From: the human T2T-CHM13v2.0 reference genome, Homo sapiens
NCBI RefSeq assembly: GCF_009914755.1
Contig: NC_060929.1
DNA length: 64,000 bases
Reading direction: 5' to 3' (one strand)
The number at the start of each line of letters is the position of its first letter. Position 1 is the first letter of the stretch. A program made the position numbers and the translations under genes. The notes beneath the pieces are model-generated. The model had not been told where the DNA came from. It searched no databases and worked only from the letters and a program-made list of their open reading frames with translations. This document shows positions 30,400-40,977 of the stretch, in pieces.

Positions 30400-31030
30400 G
30401 TAATGTAGTCTCAGTGTGTGTAATGCAAAAATTGACAGATGATTAGGAGCAAAAATAAATAAACCCCTAACCACAATAGGGGAGTTCAATGTGCCTTTCT
30501 TATGAGCAGACAAAACTATAAATATTTTAGAAGATGTAGAGAGTGTGAACCACACAGTTACGGAAGATACATCTGATTTAGGAGATGCAGAAGATTTGCA
30601 TAAAATTATTAAGAAACTTCACAGGGCCAGGCGTGGTGGCTCACATCTGTAATTCCAGTGCTTTGTGGGGGCTGAGATGGGAGGATTACTAGAGCTCAGG
30701 AGTTCCATACCAGCAACATACTGAGACCCTGTCTCTACAAAACATACAAAATAATTAGCTAGGAGTGGTGGTGTGCACCTGTGGTCCTAGCTATGAGGAG
30801 GCTGAAGTGAGAGGATCACTTGAGCCAGGGAAGTCAAGGCTGCAGTGAGCCAAGATCGCACCACTGCACTCCAGCCTGGGCCACAGAGCGAGACCCTACC
30901 TCTTAAACAAAACAAAACAAAACAAAACCAACAAACAAAAAAACTTCACATACCTAATGTGTATGTGTCTACAACATTTAACAAATGGCAGAATATATGC
31001 TATATTCAAGTGCAAATGAAATATTTACAA
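30400..31030 (+). mobile_element. Old L1 ORF2 (endonuclease region) fragment
   Basis: AAAATTGACAGA..., ACAATAGGGGAGTTCAAT, ATGGCAGAATATATGCTATATTCAAGTGCA; interrupted by an AluJ. Confidence 0.6.
30625..30940 (+). mobile_element. AluJ
   Basis: J-type GGGAGGATT, GAGGATCACTTGAGCC, GTCAAGGCTGCAGTGAGC; (AAAAC)n tail; TSD AAACTTCACA at 30614-30623 and 30941-30950. Confidence 0.93.
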
Positions 31031-31220
31031 GAATTAACACATGCAAGTGTGTTAATTCACTATTGCTACAAAAGTGCTGCAGGCCATGACGGAGATTAGA
31101 ACAGCACAGGCAGGTTGGCCTGAAAGGGTCACACTATAGCTGGGCTGGCATGAGGTAGGGGTGGCGTGGGCATGAAGGTTCTGGGTGCAGCAGTCCTGAG
31201 CCCTAAAGGACCCCCATAAG

Positions 31221-31608
31221 TGATATGGTTTGGATTTGTGTCCCCACCCAAATCTCATATCCAATTTTAATTCCCAATGTTGGGTCCCAGTGAGGGACCT
31301 GGTGGGAGGTGATTGGATCTTGGGGTTGGATTTCCCCCTTGATGTTCTCTTAATAGTGAGTTCTCAAGAGATCTGGTTGTTTAAAACTGTGTAGCACTTT
31401 CCCCCTCACTCTCTGTCTGTCCTGCTCTGCCATGGTTAAGACGTGCTTCCCTCTCTTTCACCTTCCATCATGAATGTAAGTTTCTTGAGGTTTCCCAGCC
31501 ATGCTTCCTGTACAGCCTGTGGAACTGTGAGCCAATTAAGCCTCTTTTCTTTATAAATTACCCAGCATCAGGTAGTTCTTTATAGCAGTGTGAGAATGGA
31601 CTAATACA
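31221..31608 (+). mobile_element. MSTA/THE1D-like solo LTR
   Basis: TGATATGGTTTGGATTTGTGTCCCCACCCAAATCTC ... GAGAATGGACTAATACA; TSD ATAAG/GTAAG. Confidence 0.93.
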
Positions 31609-32043
31609 GTAAGGAAACCTCACGTGCAAGGGTTGGGGAACTCACAGCCTCACAGCTCCCATATGAAGAGGCCACCTCATACTGGATTTACAAGAGGGCA
31701 GTAAGAACTTTCACTCCCCTCCTAAAGGCAGGGGCCCTCGCTGGAAACATTATAAGCAGAAAATGTAGTAAGTAGATGGAATGACTTGTGTGTGTGAGAG
31801 AGAGAGAAAAAAAAGATCTAATTGAAAATCCAATACATAAATATCTACAGATAACAACATTTATGATTCCAAGTTATAATATCATAATAATTAGCTTCCC
31901 TGCATGCAGAATACAAGTGACAATTATGTTTAATTTGGTATGGCTTGATGATAATTAATATCCACAAAATTTATTACGTTCGGAAAAAAGAATTGTGAGA
32001 GAGGTCAGAAGTCACTGTGCAACAATTACTTCAGACACTTAAC

Positions 32044-32150
32044 ATCTATCTGTCTATCAATCAGTCTATCTACCTATCTATCTATCTACCTATGTATCTG
32101 TATCTATTTACTTGTCTATCTGCCTAGCTACCCTATTCATCAATCTATCT
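32044..32150. repeat. Degenerate (TATC)n microsatellite
   Basis: Interrupted TCTA/TCTG/CCTA units. Confidence 0.8.
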
Positions 32151-32941
32151 CAATAGAGGTAGATACATGGATATACTGATACACACACATTTCTCCCACC
32201 ATCCATTTAAGAGATTGAGAATTTTAAAAACCGTGTTTTATAAGTGAATCAGTTTATCAACATATTATACAAAGGGTTAAGCACAGTTTTGGCCTTCCTC
32301 TCAGCACTCTCCCCAGCTGGCTTCTGATGGAACCCCTTCTCAATGATGATTCTTGCCTATTCTTCCTGTCAGGACTTCCCATTCCTGCCATTTTTAGATT
32401 GAGATTATTGTTTGGTGTCTCTGTGAGCCTGTACAGAAGCTCAGAGAGTATGCCTGTGTAAGCTTACACTAATATTAGCAAGTCGTGATTTTCTTCTGGC
32501 CAAGAAAAGAATCTCATTCCTGTGAATATGGGAGAAGAGTTAAATCAATTGAGATATTAAGGAAGCTCGGCCATGGGTGAGACTGATGTTAAAATGCGCT
32601 GCTCCTGACAATTTGCAGGTTCCCTATGTTTCCAGCTGCTTTCAGAAACATTGCATCAGTGAAGCCTTGATGATTCTTGGAGAAATGCATCATTTTACTT
32701 GTTTTATTTATGATCATATTTTACTGGTGACAGCATTAAAGAAAAACTGGCAAAAATAAGCATAAGTGTAATGCTCAAGGTAGAAGGCCGTGCTTCTTCC
32801 ACTAAGCCACAGGAGCAAATTGAAGACCAAGCGTGAGGTCATTTGGTCTTAATTGTATTAAATGATACTGACAATCTAGCATTGTGTCTGCAATGCCTTT
32901 TACCTGTATAATTTGCCTGATCAGATAAGACACATGGCTAG

Positions 32942-33319
32942 TGATACCATTTGGCTCTATGTCCCCACCCAAATCTCATGTCGAATTATAATCCCCAGTG
33001 TTGGAGGTGGGGCCTGGTGGGAGATTATTGGATCATGGGGTAGATTTTCCCCTTGCTGTTCTCGTGATAGTGAGTGAGATCTGGTTGTTTAAATGAGCGT
33101 ATCACCTTCCACCCGCTCTCTCTTGCTTCTGCTCCAGCCAGCCTGCTTCCCCTTCACCTTCCGCCGTGACTGGAAGCTTCCTGAGGTCTCCCCAGAAGCA
33201 GAGGGCACAGTGCCTCCTGTCAGCCTGCAGAACTGTGAGCCAATTAAACCTGTTTTCTTTACAAACTATCTAGTCTCAGGTATTTCTTTATAACAGTGTG
33301 AGAATGGACTAATAATATA
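32942..33319 (+). mobile_element. MSTA solo LTR
   Basis: GTCCCCACCCAAATCTCATG...GGAGGTGGGGCCTGGTGGGAG ... GAGAATGGACTAATA; TSD GCTAG/GCTGG. Confidence 0.93.
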
Positions 33320-33361
33320 GCTGGCTACTGAAATGTGTTAAATGGAATAATGGAAAGTAAG

Positions 33362-33480
33362 TAATAACAACAATAGCAATATTTATTGACCATGTGCTCT
33401 GTGTTAGGCACTGGGCTAAATATCTTATATAAGGTATACAGGAGCTCAGTCAATCCTCATTGTCTCATGGCAAAGGGCCC
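33362..33480 (-). mobile_element. MIR 3' end
   Basis: AATAGCAATATTTATTGACCATGTGCTCTGTGTTAGGCACTGGGCTAAA...AATCCTCA. Confidence 0.65.
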
Positions 33481-33770
33481 ATTAGATGCCTCTTGTGTAC
33501 CAGTAGACACACTTTCTACTGCCATATGAAAAGCAAGTGAAGTTTAGTGAGTCAGTAAGAGAAGACAGGAAGACCCTCTCATGCCTGGACTGGCCCTGGA
33601 GGCAGCCTGCTGACGGCTGTTCAGTTTAGCTCATTGCCGTGTCAAGGTCAAGCTACATCAACGGCAATTCTCAAGTGATTCTGAAATCATCTTTGCTAGT
33701 GTCCATACAAATAAATGCCATTGACTTTTCCTCATTAAAATTTATGAGTTATAGAGTGTACAGTTTACAA

Positions 33771-33944
33771 CAGTATTCCTCAAAGAGATGTCCAAGGAGT
33801 ACCTGTGTCAGATTACTTGGGGATCCTGTTAAAAATTCAAAATTTGGAGTCTTATCTACCTTATCAGATCCTCAGGTGTGGGAACTGATATCTTAACAGA
33901 CATCTGGGGTCTCTCTTATGAACACTACTTTTTGATGACCACTG
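33771..33944. mobile_element. MER5A-family hAT MITE
   Basis: TIRs CAGTATTCCTCAAA ... TTTGATGACCACTG, ~175 bp, internal TGTTAAAAAT. Confidence 0.7.
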
Positions 33945-34563
33945 CATGAAATAAAACCTAGGAAATGATAAGGAAAATATGGTTTGAAATAGAAAGTAAT
34001 GACTTGATATGCAATTATAACCCTTTTTTATGGACTATGCCATTTCCCAATTGAGATAATTAAATAAACTTAATGTTACTTGTGCTACTAGATGTAAACA
34101 TGTAAGTCGACTCATCATCTGTAAAGGTGAACCAAAATTATGGAAATCCAATATGACTGGAATAAAACATTTTTATATTATAAAACTTCCAAAACATTAG
34201 TACTGTACTTGTAAGGGTCAGATTTGAAAGGAGAATTTAGTGTGTTATCAGAATTATATGTGTGACGATGACATAATATACTTTGCAGGGAGGCTTTGCC
34301 GCACTCTTGTTTATCCGGTCTAGTTAGCCTCCTAGTTAGCACACAGACGCACATCCCACCTCCCATAACAATGGCTGGCACCTTCTCTCCCCAGTCAGGC
34401 TGGACTGATCCCACTTTTCCTCTTTCTGGAATGCTGTCACCAAGCCCTGTTTTTCTGAGCCCTTGGAAGGGGCAATCCTTACCTGGACCGAGGATAGTTG
34501 GTAATCTTGTTTATTTCCTAAGCACCTAAATTTATATCTAGTGGTGAGACGAATGTTATACAG

Positions 34564-34784
34564 CAAGCTTGTCCAACCCGCGACCTGTGGGTCTCATGCA
34601 GCCCAAGATGGCTTTGAATGTGACCTAACACAAATTTGGAAAGTTTCTTTAAACATTTTGAGATTTGTTTTTTGCAATTTTTTTGGCTTATCAGCTATTA
34701 TTAGTATTACTATATTTTATGTGTGGCCCAAGACAATTCTTCTTCCAATGTGGCCCAGGGAAGCCAAAAGATTGGACACCCTTG
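34564..34784. mobile_element. MER30 (hAT-Charlie MITE)
   Basis: CAAGCTTGTCCAACCCG ... TGTGGCCCAAGACAATTCTTCTTCCAATGTGGCCCAGGGAAGCCAAAAGATTGGACACCC; 8-bp TSD TTATACAG/CTATCCAG. Confidence 0.92.
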
Positions 34785-35151
34785 CTATCCAGAGTATTAT
34801 TTATAGCTTGTTGTTTAGAAATGTTTAACTTATTTGACTGTTTTATTAGCTCCTGATAATAAGTGTGCATGGCCCTGGCTGATGTAATCAATCAAACCAC
34901 TTCTGACCCTAAAAAGGCAATAGCTTTATTTTTATCAACAGTAAACTTAGCGTGAAATCTTAACCTGACCCCACCAGGGCCAGCATCTCCTGATCATGAT
35001 CCCAGAGGAATTTTCAGGACATTGATCGGCATGTATATGTGGGCCAGTGTGGTGAATGACAGTGAAAAAATCTATTGCAAGGGTCCCATGGTCATGCAAC
35101 TGCTGTAATTGGGATAAATCTATATAATTAGATAGCACATTAAATAAAACA

Positions 35152-35478
35152 CAACCATGTGTCATGTAACAACTGGGTCTTTGTGTGAACATCAAAGTAG
35201 ATTTACACAAACCTGGATGGTAGAGCCTACTCCACACCTAGGCTAGATGGCATAGCCTATTGCTCCTGGGCTACAAACCTGCACAGCAGGTTACTGTTCT
35301 AAATACTGTAGACAACCGTGAGGAAATGGTAAGTCTCTGTGCAATAGGAATTTTTCAGCTCCATTTTAATCTGATGGGATCACCATCCTACAGGCGTGAC
35401 TCCATAAGATAAAAATGGGGCTGAAAAATGTTGGTTGTCTCTTGTCAACCAAAGTGTCATTATGCAACACATGATTGT
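35152..35478. mobile_element. Tigger3a-like (MER7A) DNA transposon
   Basis: ACACAAACCTGGATGGTAGAGCCTACTCCACACCTAGGCTA...CCTATTGCTCCTGGGCTACAAACCTG; TIR-like ends CAACCATGTGTCAT / ATGCAACACATGATTG. Confidence 0.88.
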
Positions 35479-35674
35479 CGTGTAGCCACTCATGTTTTGG
35501 CCACTTAATTCCAAATAAGCATATTAATTTTATTTACTCTTCACTGGGTAATCCAGTTTTTAACCCAGTGAACAAGCTTTTTTTTAAAAAAAATTGTGTT
35601 ATAGCTATAAAACTACCTTTTTTGTGTTTTTCAATTTTTCAAAAATTAACTTCATATATATATATATATATATG

Positions 35675-35990
35675 AAGGAAGAGTAGTCTTGGCGGTTGGG
35701 GGATATGGGGAGCATAACTGAAATGCGGAGGGACTTTCATTTGCTGGTGTTTCTGATAAGGCTATTCCGAGCAGGGGCCAACGTCTGAGCGCCCATGAGC
35801 AGAGCAGATTGGGGCCCTGAGGGCTCAGATAACCCTGGGGACACGCTGCCCAGACTGGGTTGGGGAAGGATTTGCCCATGGACAGGAGCATTGCAGAACA
35901 TAAACTAGTTTCAAAATCCTACGGAGCTGCTTTTGCAGGATTTGGTGAGGAAGAAGGGCAGGTTGTGGAAGGTGAAAGAGGAAACCCTTC
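35675..35990 (+). repeat. Local direct duplication, copy A
   Basis: Aligns end to end with 37551-37861 (roughly 85-90% identity by eye); begins right after a (TA)n tract at 35654-35673. Confidence 0.95.
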
Positions 35991-37550
35991 CACCCGGGCT
36001 CCAGCATTCATAAATCCAGTTAGTGTTTTCACTGGAGATGGAGACCCACACAAATCATGACCAAAAGTAAAAAAAGAAAAAAAAAACCACCAGCACTTCA
36101 ACCCTGGAGGTCGTGAAATTGATTTGCTATAAATCTATGTCATTTGGCAGCTGTAAAAGTCAAGAAGAGGAAATGCCTCCAGAGTAGAAATAAGTCACCT
36201 TTGACCTCTCTTCAAATAATTTAATACTAAATTTTTATACCATTTTCAAAATTATAGTAAGTAAAATTAGGCTCTGCAGCATAATTATGAAGATGCCATT
36301 TAGTGTTTATGAACAATAGCATAATTATTTACTTAACAGTCTTCAAAGAATTTTAGGAGCAGTTACTCCAGTTTTAAAATATCATAATTTATGTTGATTC
36401 AAGTTAGAGCCACTTAAGCCATTTACCTGTGACTTAGATTTATTTTATCAACAAATTCCATTCTGACTTTTTCTTTAGATGTTAGCAGTGTGAGTCATTT
36501 CCACATACCTGCAAATTCTTGCTTTATTGCCATTTTTTTATTGATGTAAAACATGCGGTTGATGAACTTGTTGGAGACGAGACATCTGGATTCTAGATCT
36601 CAGTCTGAAGCACATCCAAACCTTTTTAAGTTACATCAGATAAAATTTTACCTGTACAATTTCAAATCTCACCATCCTTGAAGGGATTGAACATAATGTT
36701 ATGTTTCTTTAAGGTGGATTATTCTTATGAAATATTAAAACCAAACATGACCACTATAAAAAGACTTTTACAGCCATGGGCATTTTCCCTCGTAATAAAA
36801 TTTTACTTAGTTTTATTATTCCTTCTGTAGGGCATATCTGGGATCTCACAGAAATGACTGAACTGGAAACGTCAGTAATATGTAATAGCTAGGAAGGGAC
36901 TGAGCTGTACAGGCTAATAAAGAAAAACTAAAAGCTGCATGAAATTTGACTTAAGCACAAATTATCTGTGGAAAAAAATCTGCATAAATATAGGTACAAT
37001 TCCATTGTGCTTTCAAAAAGACCACCATGTGCTAGATGGTTAATATGTCAAAATTCATTAAAATGTTCCTATCGTAAAGGTAAGTACAGTAATTTTTCTC
37101 TCCCACCTCTGGATTTATGCAAATTTGTGGCTTGAGATAGTTATCAGCCATTTCTGCTGAGATCCCATCAGAATGGGAGCATTCTTTAAAAAGATGTTTT
37201 CATGGTCAAAGTTTGTATTCTGGACAATGAGAATTCTAGTACTATATGATGGTTAAAACTAATTGACAGAGATCTAAACTAGTGAACTGGCTGGGTGAAC
37301 CAATAAATCCTTCACACAGTCAACAGAACTTCAATATTCATGAGGCTTCTGCAAGAATTTCATAGCCCCATAAAAGTCTCCGCAAAGCACTTTGAATTTT
37401 AAGTGGGATGAATTATTAAATAGCAAAACTTCCAACCTAATTTAACTTTCACCTGGACTTAGTCAAGGGTGAGGAAACCTCCGTGGAGGGCGTGGGAGAG
37501 TTCAATCATGTGGTAAAACACTTATTCCTCTAGAAACAGTCTTGGATGGA

Positions 37551-37861
37551 AAGGCAGAGTAGTCTTAGCGGTTGGGGGATAGAGGGAGCATAACTGAAAT
37601 GTGGGGACTTTCATTTGCTGGTGTTTGTGATAAGGTGATTCTGAGCAGAGGCCAATGTCTGAGTGCCCATGGGCAGAGCAGGCTGGGGCCCTGAGGGCTC
37701 AGATAATCCTGAGGACAGGCTGCCCAGACTGGGGAAGGAGTTGCACATGGACAGAAGCATTGCAGAATATGAAACTAGTTTCAAAATCCTTATGGAGCTG
37801 CTTTTGCAGGATTTGGTGAGGAAGAAGGACAGGTTATGGAAGCTGAAAGAGGAAGCCCTTC
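37551..37861 (+). repeat. Local direct duplication, copy B
   Basis: Shared blocks include GGAGCATAACTGAAAT, GGGGCCCTGAGGGCTCAGATAA and GGAGCTGCTTTTGCAGGATTTGGTGAGGAAGAAGG. Confidence 0.95.
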
Positions 37862-38238
37862 AAGAGGACTTCTCAGAAGTATGTCCGGGTCTGTCAGTAA
37901 AACAACAGCTGGGTTGGCAGCGGTCATAGATAATACAAATGGAAGCGGCTGTGTCACTGAATGAAACGAAGGGTTCATCAGGTCTGGATGGAATGGCAGC
38001 TTGTTCTTCAGTGGTTAAAGTACTACCTCCCGTTTCAGATGGGAACTCCGTTTGCTAGAGCTGTGCCATTATTTCTGGGCTAAAGCAAGTCATAGTCTAC
38101 CTGAAATTGTTCATACTACGAAACTCCCACACTTCTCTAACAACTTGGTAGATATTTTTCCCTCTGTAGATATATTATTTGTGGTGAGCATATCAGAGAA
38201 ATATATGCAGGAATGACATAAGGAGGTGGCTTGCCCAG

Positions 38239-38685
38239 TGGAAGGGGCTGAATGTTGTCCCCACAAAGATATGTCCACATGCTGATCCCTGGTACTTGTA
38301 AAGTGGCCTTTTTTTTTTCTTTTTTGGAAAAAAGCATTCGCAGATGGAATAAATTTAAGGATCCAGAGACGGAGAGGTCACCCTGGATTATCCAGGTGGG
38401 TCCTAAATCCATCACACGCATCTTTATAAGAGACAGGAGAGAAGACAGAGGAGAATGCCTTGTGATGACGGCAGTAGGGATTGGAATGAGGCAGCCACAG
38501 CCAAAGGGCACCTGGAGTTCCCAGAAGCTGGAAAAGTCAAAGAAAAGTCCTCTCTGGAGCCTCTGCTGGGGGAGGGGTGGCGGGGGGTGCTGCAGACACC
38601 TTGATTTTGGGCTTCTGGCCTTCAGAACTGTGAGAGAGTAAGTTTCTGCCGTTTTAAGCCACAGCAGCCACAGAAAATTAATACT
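38239..38685 (+). mobile_element. MLT1C/D solo LTR
   Basis: AAAGATATGTCCAC, CCCTGGATTATCCAGGTGGG, CTTCTGGCCTTCAGAACTGTGAGAG; TSD CCCAG/TCCAG. Confidence 0.92.
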
Positions 38686-40629
38686 TCCAGCATCACAGAG
38701 CTCAACCGAGGCCCCCTGGTTGTGGATGAGGAGGCAGCCAGGGAGGAATAAAAGCATCTATGAGGCTGGTGCCCAGCTCAGGGCTGTTCCTGAGTGCATT
38801 TCCTGATACTCAGCGTTGAAGGTGATGCAAAGCAGCCATCTGATTGGCCACAAGTGTTCTAAGTTCTTTTTTTAAGTGTTGAACAAATGCTTGATCAAAT
38901 AATTGATCTTCAATATATTGATGTGCTTCATAATTGGTATGAGTCATAACTCATATTTGAACCATTAGAAAACCTTTATTTTTAATTTAGGTTAACTAAA
39001 TTATCCAACTCCTAGAATCCAAAAATGAATGTTTAAAAATAATAAGTGGAGTTTTTTTCTTTGCTATGTCATTTCTGGTTGAAAGATTCAGAACATAGAA
39101 AGCTGAAAGGAAACCAAAAGTTCAGCCCTAACACAAAATGAGGCAGTTGGTTATTGGGAAAAGAATGACCACAATCTTAACTGAGTGCCTGACACGGAAG
39201 GGACTTGTGTTGAATGAATGGGTGGGTGAAAGGCAAGCTTATTGGTGGGGTTTGAATACTGCGTTTACTTCTGGGTAAATAAGCAGCAGTTCTCTCAGGT
39301 GTATATTTTCATGATGTGATAAATGATAGGTTTTTTTACATTTTCAATTTACATCATTTAAATTAATGTCTTTGTTATGAGAGGAGCCACACAACTTTCC
39401 TGGAAACTGGCCCATCTACCATTTTCCGTCATGGGTTGGTTTTCACACCTGCAGTTCTCCTGCTGTCTTCTGTCTTGCCTCTCCTCTCCTGCTCACCTAC
39501 AGAAAGACTGAAAAGAAGTTTTTTGCCAGCTTGTTTTTCTATTTATACAGTTGTTATTATTTTATTTTCTATTTGAAAAATGTTATTGTATTTATGGATT
39601 GTTTTGACTCTTTGTAATAGTTATTACCAATTAAAAATCATGACTTCACAGAACTTACACGCTGGCAGATGATGCTGAACCAACTTATTTCTACATTTAT
39701 TATACTGCTTACTGACTATTCACAGGTCAGCTGAGCCAGGCTCTTCTACACAGAAATATGTACACCCACTCAGCATCAACATGCACCTCTTAGTAGTATA
39801 GCCTGTTTTGGCTGAAAGACAGTCCAGGGGCAAACTGTATTCATGGAGCCTGTCTGCCCATCTGCCTGGGCAATGCCAAGGAGGTATGGCCAGGGGGTGG
39901 GAACTGCCCATGTCAGAGTCTGGAGTGGAAGGAAGCAAGTTGAAATTTCTTTGCACAAACCACAGGGAGTTGACAGAAGCCAACCCAGCAGGCCCATCAT
40001 GCTTTGTGGTCTCCTGAGTGCCAAGAGAAGATTCTTTCTCTGTCACCCCAATTGTTCCCTTTTAACATGGCAGTCTAAACCAGGCACAATTAGGCTTTTT
40101 CTTGACATCATTTATCCCAAGGCTTGACAGTTGGAAATCAAAATGGCTCTGCTGCATTCTTTAGGATCTGAGCCAGACAAGATGTTTAGAAAAGTAAAAG
40201 TAGAACAGAGAAAACTATACAAACAAACCAAAAAACTTCCACAGTGGGGTAAAAATTTATGTCATGTTTGATCAAAAAATTAAATGTCATTTTTTGGTCA
40301 TTGATTTACTGATTTGCTATAATTTTCAGTATACTGAAAGAAAAATATCCTTAGAAGAATGGAAGAATCTTTGGCACGTACAACCTAAAACAATTAAATG
40401 CAAAGAAGAGACCGCCAAAAGTAAAGGTCTTGAGAAAAATGGTGACTTGGCTTTCTTAGTGCTTTTAGAGACTCTCAGAACACACCAGGCTCAACAGAGT
40501 CCTTGGGTCACATGAATGTAACTGAACACTGATTTTTAACAGCTGCGGTTCCTTTCCAACATTGTGTGGGAGATGCCTTTGTAAATCCTGGGCCTGCTAG
40601 AGCTACTGATTCCTGCTTAAGAAATTCTG

Positions 40630-40977
40630 GGCTGGGTGCAATGGCTCACGCCTATAATCCTGGAACCTTGAGGCCAAGGGGGACAGATCACTTGAGCCCA
40701 AGAGTTTAAGACTAGCCTGGGCAACATGGTGAAAACCCATCTCTACAACAAATACAGCAACAACAAAAATTAGCCAGGTGTGGGGTGTGGTGGCACATGC
40801 CTGTAGTCCCAGTTACCCAGAAGGCTGCAGTGGGAGGATCACTTGAACCTTGGAGGTGGAAGTTGCAGTAAGCCAAGATTGCGCCACTGTACTTCAGCCT
40901 ATGCAACAGAGTGAGACCCTGTATTAAATAATAATAATAATAATAATAATAAAAGAAAGAAAGGACAAAAAGAAAGA
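40630..40977 (+). mobile_element. AluJ with (AAT)n/(GAAA)n tail
   Basis: GATCACTTGAGCCCAAGAGTTTAAGAC, GGGAGGATCACTTGAACC; AAGAAATT on both flanks. Confidence 0.92.

Noticed and set aside
31221-33319. Two same-orientation MST LTRs 1.3 kb apart as one provirus
   Set aside because: Each has its own 5-bp TSD and the intervening DNA is not MST-internal, so these are independent solo LTRs.
38137-38757. 206-aa and 129-aa ORFs
   Set aside because: Translations of the MLT1C/D LTR.
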